Source: Clostridia bacterium (GTDB taxonomy: Bacteria; Bacillota; Clostridia; Oscillospirales; CAG-272). Taken from it: a stretch of 64,000 nucleotides of DNA. This document shows, one piece after another, positions 37,300 through 46,410 of this stretch. Each line of letters opens with the position of its first letter. The first letter of the stretch is position 1. The stretch is from NCBI GenBank assembly GCA_017444735.1, contig JAFSWB010000088.1, forward strand, positions 3,521 to 67,520. The letters are read 5' to 3'. The position numbers were made by a program, and so were the translations under genes. The notes beneath the pieces were generated by a model, which was not told the DNA's origin, searched no databases, and saw only the letters and a program-made list of their open reading frames with translations.

Positions 37300-38619
37300 A
37301 TGAAACTCACATTTATGGGCGCGGGAAGCACCGTCTTCGCCCGCAACGTGGTGGGAGACACCATGATGGCAGAACCCTTTCACGACATGGAGGTCGCTCT
37401 CTACGACATCGACGCGCAGCGTCTCGAGGAGTCGTACGCGATCATCTCCTCTATGAACAACACCGTGAACGAAGGGCGCGCCACGATCAAAAAGTATCTC
37501 GGCGTCGGCGAAAGGCGCGAGGCGCTCCGCGGAGCCGACTTCGTCGTAAACGCGATCCAGGTCGGTCTTTACGACCCCTGCACGATCATCGACTTCGAGG
37601 TCCCGAAAAAATACGGCCTCCGTCAGACGATCGGCGACACGCTCGGGATCGGCGGAATTTTCAGAGGTCTGCGCACGATCCACGTGCTGAAGGGCTTTGC
37701 GGAGGACATGGAATCCGTCTGCCCGAACGCGTGGTTCCTCAACTACACGAACCCGATGGCGATCCTTTCCGGCTTTATGCAGAGATTCACCAAGGTCAAG
37801 ACGGTCGGTCTCTGCCACTCCGTTCAGGTCTGCTCGCGCGATCTTCTCGAGGAGCTCGGGATGGACGACAGGATCGAGGGACGCGTCGACAAGATCGCCG
37901 GTATCAACCACATGGCATGGCTCCTTGAGATCCGCGACCGCGACGGCGTCGACCTCTACACCGAGATCAGAAGACGCGCCGCGGAGAAGAACGCGAGCGG
38001 GAAGCATCACGATATGGTCAGATTCGACTACATCGCAAAGCTCGGCTATTTCTGCACCGAGAGCAGCGAACACAACTCCGAATACAATCCCTTCTTCATC
38101 AAGCCGGGCCGCGACGACCTCATCGAGAAATTCAACATTCCTCTCGACGAGTACCCGCGCCGCTGTATCGAACAGATCGAGGGATGGAAGAAGGAATACG
38201 AAGAGATCACGAAGACGGGAAGGATCGAACACGAGAGATCCCGCGAATACGCTTCATATATTATGGAAGCGATCACGACGGGCGTTCCGTACAAGATCGG
38301 CGGCAACGTCATCAATCACGGAATGATCCCGAACCTGCCTGCCGACGCGTGCGTCGAGGTCCCCTGCATCGTCGACAAGAACGGCGTGACGCCGACGTAC
38401 GTCGGTCCGCTCCCGCTCCAGCTCGCGGCGATGAACTCCTCGAACATCTACCCTCAGATGCTGACGATCGAAGCGGCGGTCACCTGCGACCGCTCGAAGA
38501 TCTATCAGGCGGCAATGATGGATCCTCACACCGGAGCCGAGCTCTCGACCGACGAGATCGTCGCCATGTGCGACGAGCTCATCGCGGCTCACGAGGGCGC
38601 GGGATATCCGATATTCTGA
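37300..38619 (+). CDS. GH4 alpha-galactosidase/alpha-glucosidase (NAD/Mn-dependent)
   Basis: N-terminal MKLTFMGAGSTVF, plus NYTNPM and GLCHSVQ motifs. Confidence 0.85.
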   Translation: MKLTFMGAGSTVFARNVVGDTMMAEPFHDMEVALYDIDAQRLEESYAIISSMNNTVNEGRATIKKYLGVGERREALRGADFVVNAIQVGLYDPCTIIDFEVPKKYGLRQTIGDTLGIGGIFRGLRTIHVLKGFAEDMESVCPNAWFLNYTNPMAILSGFMQRFTKVKTVGLCHSVQVCSRDLLEELGMDDRIEGRVDKIAGINHMAWLLEIRDRDGVDLYTEIRRRAAEKNASGKHHDMVRFDYIAKLGYFCTESSEHNSEYNPFFIKPGRDDLIEKFNIPLDEYPRRCIEQIEGWKKEYEEITKTGRIEHERSREYASYIMEAITTGVPYKIGGNVINHGMIPNLPADACVEVPCIVDKNGVTPTYVGPLPLQLAAMNSSNIYPQMLTIEAAVTCDRSKIYQAAMMDPHTGAELSTDEIVAMCDELIAAHEGAGYPIF

Positions 38620-38657
38620 CGGCTTCCGCGGCAAAAAACAGATATTTCCCTTCTCAC

Positions 38658-38692
38658 AGTTCCCCGGCGACCGCCGGGGAACTCCTTTTTTT
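38658..38692 (+). terminator. rho-independent terminator after the GH4 gene
   Basis: AGTTCCCCGG-CGACCG-CCGGGGAACT followed by CCTTTTTTT. Confidence 0.8.
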
Positions 38693-38730
38693 ATCGCGTC
38701 CGCGCGAAAAAATATTTTTTCAAAAAACCG

Positions 38731-38759
38731 TTGACAAACGGAAAAATATGGTGTATTAT
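38731..38759 (+). promoter_or_regulatory. sigma-A type promoter of the GntR-ABC operon
   Basis: TTGACA (38731..38736), a 17-nt spacer, then TATTAT (38754..38759). Confidence 0.65.
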
Positions 38760-38778
38760 TGTATTAACACAATAATAC
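38753..38778. promoter_or_regulatory. perfect 10-bp inverted repeat (candidate GntR/YtrA operator)
   Basis: GTATTATTGT-ATTAAC-ACAATAATAC. It overlaps the -10 box and the predicted transcription start. Confidence 0.55.
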
Positions 38779-38795
38779 AAAGCGGAGGTCACAGC

Positions 38796-39182
38796 TTGAA
38801 CAAATGGATATTCGACCCCGATAAGCCGATCTTCCGTCAGATTTGCGAGAAGTTCCGCGACGAGATCGCCCGGGGCAACTTCCCGCCGGGCGCGAAGGTC
38901 CCTTCCGTCAGAGACCTCGCCGTTTTTGCGGGGGTCAATCCGAACACGGTACAGCGCGCCCTGTCCGATCTCGAGGACGAGGGGATCCTCGTCTCGAGGC
39001 GCGGGGACGGAAGATACGTGGCGGACGACGCGACGGTAAGGGATAAGCTCCTCGCGGCGCGCATAAGATCGGCGTGCGACGATTTCATCGGCGCGATGCG
39101 GGTCCTCGGACTCGACGACCGTGAGATCGAGCGGTCTCTCGGCGAGGCGTTGAGAGAAAAATCCGACGGAAAGGAAGGATAA
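38796..39182 (+). CDS. GntR-family (YtrA-like, short) transcriptional regulator
   Basis: wHTH PSVRDLAVFAGVNPNTVQRALSDLEDEGILVSRRG. TTG start at 38796 with a GGAGG 7 nt upstream. The long 332-aa track ORF overlaps the GH4 gene and is rejected. Confidence 0.8.
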   Translation: MNKWIFDPDKPIFRQICEKFRDEIARGNFPPGAKVPSVRDLAVFAGVNPNTVQRALSDLEDEGILVSRRGDGRYVADDATVRDKLLAARIRSACDDFIGAMRVLGLDDREIERSLGEALREKSDGKEG

Positions 39183-39188
39183 CGCGTT

Positions 39189-39893
39189 ATGGAAAGCGAA
39201 TATATTCTTGAATGTATCAATTTAAGCAAGTCCTACGGGACGATCCCGGCGCTGAGAGGAGTCAATCTCAGGCTCTGCCGGGGACGGATCGTCGGTCTTC
39301 TCGGACCGAACGGATCGGGCAAAACGACGCTCATCAAGCTCGCGAACGGGCTTCTGACGCCGACGGACGGCGAGATCCTCATCAACGGGATGAAGCCGGG
39401 GGTCGAGACGAAAAAAATCGTTTCGTTCCTTCCCGACCGCGATTTTCTCCCCGCGTGGATGACGATCGAAAAGGCGATGCGCTACGTCCGGGACTTCTTC
39501 CCCGACTTCCGGCTCGACGCCGCCTCGGAGATGATCGCGCGGCTCGGACTCGATCCGAAGCAGAAGATAAGGACGCTGTCGAAGGGCAACCGCGAAAAGG
39601 TGTCCCTTATCTCCGCGATGAGCCGCGACGCGAAGCTCTACCTGCTCGACGAGCCGATCGCCGGCGTCGACCCCGCGACCCGCGACTACATCCTCGAAAC
39701 GATCCTTCAGAACTACGCCGAAAACTCGACGGTCGTCATCTCGACCCATCTCATCGCCGACGTCGAGAAGATCCTGAACGACGTCGTGTTCATAAAGAAC
39801 GGAAGCGTCGATCTTTACAGAAGCGCGGACGAGATACGGGAGACCGAAGGAATGAGCGTCGACGCTCTGTTCAGGGAGGTATACAGATGGTAG
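39189..39893 (+). CDS. ABC transporter ATP-binding protein
   Basis: Walker A GPNGSGKTT, signature LSKGNREK, Walker B LYLLDEP. Confidence 0.9.
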   Translation: MESEYILECINLSKSYGTIPALRGVNLRLCRGRIVGLLGPNGSGKTTLIKLANGLLTPTDGEILINGMKPGVETKKIVSFLPDRDFLPAWMTIEKAMRYVRDFFPDFRLDAASEMIARLGLDPKQKIRTLSKGNREKVSLISAMSRDAKLYLLDEPIAGVDPATRDYILETILQNYAENSTVVISTHLIADVEKILNDVVFIKNGSVDLYRSADEIRETEGMSVDALFREVYRW

Positions 39894-40687
39894 GCAAGCT
39901 TTTCAAATACGAATTCAAATATTATCTGCGCTGGCTGATCCCGATCATGTCCGGCTGCGTCGTGCTCGCGCTCACGAGCAAGCTCTTCTATCTCGTAAGA
40001 GACGTACAGGAGCTCTACCTCATCACACAGATGGTTTATTCGACCTATACGATGCTGATCGGCGCCGCGGTCGTCCTCGGATACGTGATCGTCGCCCTGC
40101 GGTTCCTGAAGAGCACGTTCACGCAGGAGGCGTATTTCACGCACACGATTCCGGTGAAGCCGTCGACGCTCCTCAACGTCAAGTTCGCCTCCGGCGCTCT
40201 CTTTATGATCGTTATCATCGCCGGAGCGGTGGGTTCGTTCATCATGATGTTCACCGGAAGCGTCTTTTCGACGGTGACAAAGGGCGTCGCCGACATGATA
40301 AGCTCGGCGTTCAGGGAAAACGCTCTCGGGAACTTTATCCTCGGCGTATTTGAGGTGATCCTTCTCTCCCTGCTCGTTATCTTCGTCGAGATCCTTCACC
40401 CGTACGCGGCGTGCGCCATCGGTCAGCGGATGAAGAGCAAGACCGGCGGCGCGATCATGTGGTATTTCATCATCTTCGCCATCATCCGCGCCGGGTCTAC
40501 CCTTTTTATGATCGGTAATCTTTCATGGATATCGGCGCTTGAGTCGATCGAGGAAAGCGGACGGGTCGTTCCGACGGTATCGCCCCACCTGATCATGTGG
40601 ATCTATATCTCCGTCGTCCTCGCCGTCGATCTTACGTTCTACTTCATCACCCGCCACAGGCTGAAAAAGAAGCTGAATATCACGTAA
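39887..40687 (+). CDS. polytopic membrane protein (presumed ABC permease partner)
   Basis: 266 aa from the ATG at 39887, which overlaps the ATPase stop. About 6 hydrophobic helices. This is the usual third gene of YtrA-type operons. Confidence 0.65.
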   Translation: MVGKLFKYEFKYYLRWLIPIMSGCVVLALTSKLFYLVRDVQELYLITQMVYSTYTMLIGAAVVLGYVIVALRFLKSTFTQEAYFTHTIPVKPSTLLNVKFASGALFMIVIIAGAVGSFIMMFTGSVFSTVTKGVADMISSAFRENALGNFILGVFEVILLSLLVIFVEILHPYAACAIGQRMKSKTGGAIMWYFIIFAIIRAGSTLFMIGNLSWISALESIEESGRVVPTVSPHLIMWIYISVVLAVDLTFYFITRHRLKKKLNIT

Positions 40688-40738
40688 GAAAGATCAACTG
40701 AAGAAAAGCTGTTATTACACAAAAAAGGACGTGACTGT

Positions 40739-41725
40739 ATGAAACGACCGATCGCGCTTTTCACGGCGATCGTTATGATCTCCGGACTTTTTTGCTCGTG
40801 CGCAAGGATAAAAGGAAGCGACCTCAAGTATTATAACGAGTTTCTGGAACACGCAAAAAGTCGGCGGGATTACTATTTCGACGTCGTTCAATTTCTTCCG
40901 GAATTCCCGCAGGAGAATACAGACGATATGAAAATGCTCTTCGCCGAGGTCGACGTCGACGAAATGCGCGGCGATTACGCCGTAGCCGCAAGGATCGGAT
41001 TTACCCCCGAAAAGTTCGACGGGGAACTCGATCGGCTGAGGAGATTCAGCGAGTACTCCGATTACGACGACGGAACGGAGGACGGCGATTATATTTTCTG
41101 GTTCGCGACGTATGATGAAAGCGTCGCCGACTTTATGTACGCAAAGCGGTTTGACGATTGTTCGATTTTCTATGCGTGCTCACGTTCCGAACGTCCCGAA
41201 GAAGTCAGAAAAATGATCCCCGATGATTGCTGGTACCCGCTTCTCGATCACTTTTCAGACGATTCGGATCGGATAGACGCTTCATCATACAAGCTGCTGC
41301 TGCACGCATGTCTGGAAAAAGACGCGGACGCGCTCAGGGCGATGTTTTCAAAGAAATCCGTCTCTTCCGAAGGATTTGAGGAAAATCTGGAACGATTGAT
41401 CGAATACGCGGGAGGAGAGGATTATCATTATTCGTCTGTCGATTTCATTGAACTGCCTGTTGAAGAAAAAGACGGTAAAAGGATCTTATCGTATTCCGTC
41501 AGATTCGGGAGGTGGCAAAACAAAGTGATCGACGTCTGCCTGACAGACGACACAAACGATCCGGACGACAGCGGCATTTACGCGATCACCGTCGGGGATT
41601 ACAACCATGAAAAAAGGCTCGGGGATTTCTGGAAAACGGACGATGAGACAGGCGCTCTGCTCCCGAAGTCGCGCGGGATAATCTTTATCTACGATCGCCC
41701 GTATAAAACAGCGATCGAGACGTAA
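40739..41725 (+). CDS. lipoprotein (C-terminal half DUF5104-like)
   Basis: Signal peptide MKRPIALFTAIVMISGLFCSC. The C-terminal LEKDADALRAMFSKK...GIYAITV pattern recalls DUF5104. Confidence 0.55.
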   Translation: MKRPIALFTAIVMISGLFCSCARIKGSDLKYYNEFLEHAKSRRDYYFDVVQFLPEFPQENTDDMKMLFAEVDVDEMRGDYAVAARIGFTPEKFDGELDRLRRFSEYSDYDDGTEDGDYIFWFATYDESVADFMYAKRFDDCSIFYACSRSERPEEVRKMIPDDCWYPLLDHFSDDSDRIDASSYKLLLHACLEKDADALRAMFSKKSVSSEGFEENLERLIEYAGGEDYHYSSVDFIELPVEEKDGKRILSYSVRFGRWQNKVIDVCLTDDTNDPDDSGIYAITVGDYNHEKRLGDFWKTDDETGALLPKSRGIIFIYDRPYKTAIET

Positions 41726-41745
41726 CGGCGAAAGGACGTGACGGT

Positions 41746-42225
41746 ATGAAAAGAATAATCGCGCTTTTCCCGGTGATCGTTATGATTTCCGCGCTTATAT
41801 GCTCGTGTACTTTTTCACTGAACGATTTTATCGAAAGGTCTGTGGAAACAAAAGCGCCCGACGGAGCGATACCCGACGGTTACACGGATCATTCGGCGGT
41901 AGTCGACGAGTACGGTATCGACCCGTGTGCGTTTGAGATTTATCGCTACAAAGATTCCTCCCTTTTCGAAAAAAACGACCTGTACTCCAAAGCGTCTGAC
42001 GCCGACGTGGAGGAATTGAGACTCTATTTCTCAAATTTCAGAAGTTGGTATCAGAAAGATCTCGACGCGGAATTCGACGATTTCTCCATAACCCCCGGCG
42101 ACTGGTTCTGCATCCGGGACGAGTCTTCGGACCCGAGCCGGATGACGGAAAAATACGATAATTATCGCGTTTACTTTTTCGATACGGAGACCTCGACGCT
42201 TTATTACATATTTATGACGATGTAA
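41746..42225 (+). CDS. lipoprotein, unknown function
   Basis: The signal peptide MKRIIALFPVIVMISALICSC is nearly identical to that of the preceding gene. Confidence 0.55.
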   Translation: MKRIIALFPVIVMISALICSCTFSLNDFIERSVETKAPDGAIPDGYTDHSAVVDEYGIDPCAFEIYRYKDSSLFEKNDLYSKASDADVEELRLYFSNFRSWYQKDLDAEFDDFSITPGDWFCIRDESSDPSRMTEKYDNYRVYFFDTETSTLYYIFMTM

Positions 42226-42331
42226 GAAGGCGCCTGATCCCGTCGGGTCGGGAATCATTGATCTCAGAAAAGGTTATTCTGACAGCAAGCGGCACATCGA
42301 TGGTTATAAGGAAAGGAGCAAAAAACTAAAG

Positions 42332-42685
42332 ATGAAAAACAGAATTTTAACAGTTTTTATTGTTGTATTATCGCTTATTACATTTCTGACTTCATGTTCA
42401 ATTATATCGTATGAAAGCAGAATCAGTTACCTTTTGTTTGATCATATTGTGTATAATGGGGATTCATATTATCCGGTGGTTGATCCGTCAGAAATTCCAT
42501 ACTCTCATCGGAACGGAAAGATAACGGTTCAGATAGTTGACAAAAACGGTATTCCGTACGACAAGGACAGATTTGAAGAGGCGTATCTATATGATGGCGA
42601 TACAGAAGCGATCTACATTGATGTTTCAAGTACGTCCAGTCAATATATGAAGCGTTCTTCAAATCAGTTACCGTCCGGTAAATGA
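42332..42685 (+). CDS. small lipoprotein, unknown function (low G+C)
   Basis: AAAGGAG RBS and signal peptide MKNRILTVFIVVLSLITFLTSC. Confidence 0.5.
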   Translation: MKNRILTVFIVVLSLITFLTSCSIISYESRISYLLFDHIVYNGDSYYPVVDPSEIPYSHRNGKITVQIVDKNGIPYDKDRFEEAYLYDGDTEAIYIDVSSTSSQYMKRSSNQLPSGK

Positions 42686-42694
42686 GATGAAACC

Positions 42695-43087
42695 ATGAAA
42701 AAAGTATGCTGCGTTATTTTTTCTCTCGTCATTCTTTCCGCCGTTCTGTGCTCTTGCGCGGGACGGATCGCGGACGCGGCGGCGTCCGCCGTTGAGGAAA
42801 AATTGACTTATGAGCAGATTCGCGATCTCGCGCGTTACAAAACGATCGTCTGCGACGGGGAGACGTTCCGCTTCATCGAATCAGATCAGGACGCGGAGGA
42901 CGAATTCACGCGCGACGGAAATATCCTTTTTGGGGACGAAGCGGAATACAAGCTCGCAGATGAAAACGGAGTCCCGTACGACGAAACGAGAAGTGAAAAA
43001 GGGTTCTTTTTCGAGGGCGATGAAGAGAGAAAGTATATCTTCATTCCCGACACCGCCGCGGTGTGGACGAGGGACGGGGGAAAATGA
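42695..43087 (+). CDS. small lipoprotein, paralog of 42332..42685
   Basis: Signal peptide MKKVCCVIFSLVILSAVLCSC. Shares the (V/A)DxNG(I/V)PYD(K/E) block and a following acidic (D/E)GD(T/E)E block with the preceding gene. Confidence 0.55.
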   Translation: MKKVCCVIFSLVILSAVLCSCAGRIADAAASAVEEKLTYEQIRDLARYKTIVCDGETFRFIESDQDAEDEFTRDGNILFGDEAEYKLADENGVPYDETRSEKGFFFEGDEERKYIFIPDTAAVWTRDGGK

Positions 43088-43132
43088 TATACGATTTTGC
43101 CGTATAAAAATCGCGGGGCCGACCCACGGGGG

Positions 43133-44002
43133 TCAGCCCTGCGAATTTTTATTTACTTCGGGAAGGACGTGAGAGACGTCCTCGCCGGACAGGAAGCGGA
43201 AGAAGTTATCTTTATATATCTTCTCTCTCGTCGCCGCGGGGACGCCGAGCTCGTCGTAAATCGCGTTGTCGCGGGCGATCCATCCCGCGACCCAGTCGCG
43301 GTCGTAGTCGTTCGCCATCGAGTCGGTCCCGAACATTATATTGTTCTCCACGTCGTAACCGACGGTGAAGAGCTTCGTGAGAAGGTCCCGCCTGTAGATG
43401 ACCGGCGTGCCGGGGGTGACGTCGAAGAACATCTCCGAGGACTGCCTCTCGAGGTACGAGTTGAGGAATTTGCCATAGACGGCGATACACTCGTCGTGCC
43501 ACGGCCACGAGCAGTGACCCATCGAGAACTTGACGCCGCGGGAAAGGCGAAGAAGCGCCTCCCACTCGGCGGGGCGGTTGAAGCGCGACGTGTCGGTCCC
43601 GCTCCAGAGGATCCCGGAGTGAAAGATCACGGGCAGTTTCGTCTCCTCGATCGTTTCGAGCATCCTCATGCTCTCCGGACAGCCGACGGAAAACGTGTCG
43701 CAGATAACCTTGAAGCCGCGGATCCCGGACAGGGCGGCGTCCTTTATCTGATCCCCGACGTCCGCCTCGAACGGGTGGACCCAGAGGATCGGGAAAAGGC
43801 GGCCGTCCACGCCGCGGCACCAGTCGAGAACGTTTTTCAGCCGTTCTCGGTACGGCAGCTTCTGAAGCGGAGCGGAAGAAGGCTCCGGCTCCGCGGAAAA
43901 GACCGCGCCTCCGTAAACGCCGGCGTCCTCCATCTTTGAAAGAAGTCCCGCGGGCTCGGGCTCGCCGCCGTTCACGTGGACGTGCATATCGTATATCTTC
44001 AT
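43133..44002 (-). CDS. amidohydrolase-2 type metal-dependent hydrolase
   Basis: N-terminal MKIYDMHVHV with later H and D ligands (VIFHSG, MGHCSWPW). Confidence 0.75.
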   Translation of the reverse strand: MKIYDMHVHVNGGEPEPAGLLSKMEDAGVYGGAVFSAEPEPSSAPLQKLPYRERLKNVLDWCRGVDGRLFPILWVHPFEADVGDQIKDAALSGIRGFKVICDTFSVGCPESMRMLETIEETKLPVIFHSGILWSGTDTSRFNRPAEWEALLRLSRGVKFSMGHCSWPWHDECIAVYGKFLNSYLERQSSEMFFDVTPGTPVIYRRDLLTKLFTVGYDVENNIMFGTDSMANDYDRDWVAGWIARDNAIYDELGVPAATREKIYKDNFFRFLSGEDVSHVLPEVNKNSQG

Positions 44003-44008
44003 CCCCTG

Positions 44009-44167
44009 TCACCCCGCGAGAGAAGATATGATGTACTGGACGAGATAATACGCGCCGCCGCCTACCATGAGCAGAGCGAGGATTATGCACATTATCCTGA
44101 CCGCCATTTTTGCCGGGGGAGTCTTCTGCTTTTTCGGAGTATTGTTTACGCTCTTTTTCTTTCCCAT
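44009..44167 (-). CDS. possible 52-aa membrane protein (below the ORF-track cutoff)
   Basis: Hand translation gives MGKKKSVNNTPKKQKTPPAKMAVRIICIILALLMVGGGAYYLVQYIISSLAG*. That is a basic N-terminus plus one TM helix. It fills the gap between the parC-like and amidohydrolase genes. The RBS is weak. Confidence 0.35.
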   Translation of the reverse strand: MGKKKSVNNTPKKQKTPPAKMAVRIMCIILALLMVGGGAYYLVQYIISSLAG

Positions 44168-44183
44168 TGTCGATTTCTGTCCT

Positions 44184-46406
44184 TTACCCTAAAGTTATCT
44201 GTTCCCCGGCCGGTTCCACAGGGACTCCGGTCGCGGGAATTTTGATTTTTCTGATCTTAGGCACGTCGGCGAACTTCGCCGCTTCCTCGCCGAAATACGC
44301 CGCGGTGACCTTTTGGTTCTTTTTCAGCGCCATCAGCGTGACGCCCGCCGAAGTGCGGGTCGTCTTTTTCGGGATGAGAGCGGAGGAGATGAGGATCCCC
44401 CTGCCGTCGGACGACGTGAGGACGACCTCGGCCGGTTTCGACTCGTAGAACGCCGCGACGATCGGCGACGTCTCGGAATACGCGCCGACGAGACGTCTTC
44501 TGTTCCCCTTCGTCTCGTATGCGGAAACGGGTATTCTGACGCCCTTCCCGTTTTCGAAGATGAAGACGACGTTTTCCTTTTCGGGGTACTCCTTCAGCGC
44601 CTTCATCATTATGACGCCCTCTCCCTCGTCAAAGCCGAGCTTCGCGGGGACGAAGTCGCCGAGCGAGGACGCCTTGACGGAGGCGAAGTCGGCGGCGCGG
44701 CTCTTATAGGCGCGCCCCTTGTCCGAGAAGAACAGAAGCTCCGCGACGTTTTCCGTGTCCTCGCTCCACCGGAGCGAGTCGCCCTCCTTGTACTTCTGCT
44801 CGTCGGCGCCCCTGAGGGACTGATACGTTATCTTCTTGAAATACCCCTCTTTTGTGAGAAGGACGAGGACCCCGTAGTTCTCGGTGACATCGACGGCGGG
44901 CGCCTCGACGATGTCCTCGGGATAGATGAGGAGCGTCTTTCTCGGCTTGCCGTATTTCTTTTTTACTTCCTTGAGCTGTTCGACGATCCGCGCCTTGAGC
45001 CGCAGTTCGTCCGATATCGTCGCCTCGAGGTCGGCGATCTCGCTCTGGAGTCCCTCGATCTCGCGGATGCGTTCGATGATATATTCGCGGTTCAGGTGAC
45101 GGAGCTTGATCTCGGCGATATATTCCGCCTGGATCTGGTCGATCCCGAATCCCTCCATGAGGCGCGGGACGACGTCCGCCTCCTTTTCCGTGCCGCGGAC
45201 GATCGCGATAGCGCGGTCGATGTCGAGCAGGATCTTGCCGAGCGCGCGAAGAAGATGGAGCTTGTCGCGCTTCTTGCCGAGCTCGAAGGTGAGCTCGCGG
45301 CGGAGGCACCCGATGCGGAACGCGATCCACTCGCGGATTATCCCGCCGACGCCGAGCGTCCGCGGAGAGCCGTTTATAAGAACGTTGAAGTTGCAGGAGA
45401 AGCTGTCTTCGAGCGTCGTGAGGCGGAAGAGCTTCGCCATGAGCTGATCGGGGTCCGTTCCGCGGCGGACGTCAAGCGTGAGCTTGAAGCCGTTTTTGTC
45501 GATCGCGTCCCTGAAGTCGGTGACGTCCTTCAGCTTGCCGTCCTTCATAAGATCGGCGATCTTTTTGAGGATCGCTTCTATCGTGGTGGAATACGGTATC
45601 TCGAGGATCTCGATCACGTTCTCCTTTTTGTCGAACGTATAGCGCGCGCGGAGCTTGAAGCTCCCGACGCCCGTCTCGTAGATCGTCCGCATCTGTTCTC
45701 TGTCGTAGATGACGTTCGCGCCGCCCGGAAAATCGGGGGCTTTGATTATATCGAGGAGGCGGTCGGTCGTCGTCTTCGGGTTCTTCAGAACGGCGATCGT
45801 ACCGTCGCATATCTCCGCGAGATTGAAGGAGCAGATATTCGACGCCATCGAGACGCCGATCCCCTTGTTGTTCGACACGAGAACGTTCGGGAACGACGTC
45901 GGGAGGAGCGTCGGCTCCGTCGTCGTGTTGTCGTAGTTCGGGACCATATCGACGGCGTCCTTGTCGATGCCGCCGAAGATCTCCGCGCAGATCGGCGCGA
46001 GCTTGACCTCCGTATACCTCGACGCGGCGAACGCCATATCGGAGCTGTACTGCTTTCCGAAGCTCCCTTTCGACTCGACGAACGGGTGAAGGAGCGATTC
46101 GTTGCCGCGGGTCAGACGGACGAGCGTCTCGTAGATCGCCGCGTCGCCGTGCGGGTTGAGGTGCATCGTCTGGCCGACGACGTTCGCGCTCTTCGTGAGG
46201 TCGCCCTTGAGCAGACCCATCTTGTACATGGTGTAAAGGAGCTTTCTGTGGGAGGGCTTGAAGCCGTCGATCTCCGGAATGGCGCGCGAGACGATGACCG
46301 TCATGGCGTACGGCATATAGTTCTTCTCTATCGTCTCCGTTATCGGCTGGTCCGTGATGTGTTCCTCGACGATCCTTGCGGGCTCTTCCCTCTTCTTTCT
46401 TGCCAT
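44184..46406 (-). CDS. type IIA topoisomerase subunit A (GyrA/ParC family)
   Basis: 740 aa with the active-site context AASRYTE, DGFKPSHRKLLY, and a C-terminal beta-pinwheel-length region. No subunit B gene is adjacent. Confidence 0.85.
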   Translation of the reverse strand: MARKKREEPARIVEEHITDQPITETIEKNYMPYAMTVIVSRAIPEIDGFKPSHRKLLYTMYKMGLLKGDLTKSANVVGQTMHLNPHGDAAIYETLVRLTRGNESLLHPFVESKGSFGKQYSSDMAFAASRYTEVKLAPICAEIFGGIDKDAVDMVPNYDNTTTEPTLLPTSFPNVLVSNNKGIGVSMASNICSFNLAEICDGTIAVLKNPKTTTDRLLDIIKAPDFPGGANVIYDREQMRTIYETGVGSFKLRARYTFDKKENVIEILEIPYSTTIEAILKKIADLMKDGKLKDVTDFRDAIDKNGFKLTLDVRRGTDPDQLMAKLFRLTTLEDSFSCNFNVLINGSPRTLGVGGIIREWIAFRIGCLRRELTFELGKKRDKLHLLRALGKILLDIDRAIAIVRGTEKEADVVPRLMEGFGIDQIQAEYIAEIKLRHLNREYIIERIREIEGLQSEIADLEATISDELRLKARIVEQLKEVKKKYGKPRKTLLIYPEDIVEAPAVDVTENYGVLVLLTKEGYFKKITYQSLRGADEQKYKEGDSLRWSEDTENVAELLFFSDKGRAYKSRAADFASVKASSLGDFVPAKLGFDEGEGVIMMKALKEYPEKENVVFIFENGKGVRIPVSAYETKGNRRRLVGAYSETSPIVAAFYESKPAEVVLTSSDGRGILISSALIPKKTTRTSAGVTLMALKKNQKVTAAYFGEEAAKFADVPKIRKIKIPATGVPVEPAGEQITLG

Positions 46407-46410
46407 ATCC

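Noticed and set aside
35520-37364. Very long antisense ORFs. Examples: 35520..37364, 12039..13217, 19375..21162, 28519..30366, 44313..46430, 47426..48913, 48926..50599, 59110..60489 and 62006..63532
   Set aside because: These are typical shadow ORFs of G+C-rich DNA. They lie opposite genes with clear homologous motifs, their products are Arg/Gly/Asp-rich low-complexity sequences, and they have no RBS.
38184-38795. Long N-terminal extension of the GntR regulator ORF (332-aa track ORF)
   Set aside because: The extension overlaps the 3' end of the GH4 gene in another frame and crosses a terminator and a promoter. An RBS-supported TTG at 38796 gives a normal-size wHTH protein.
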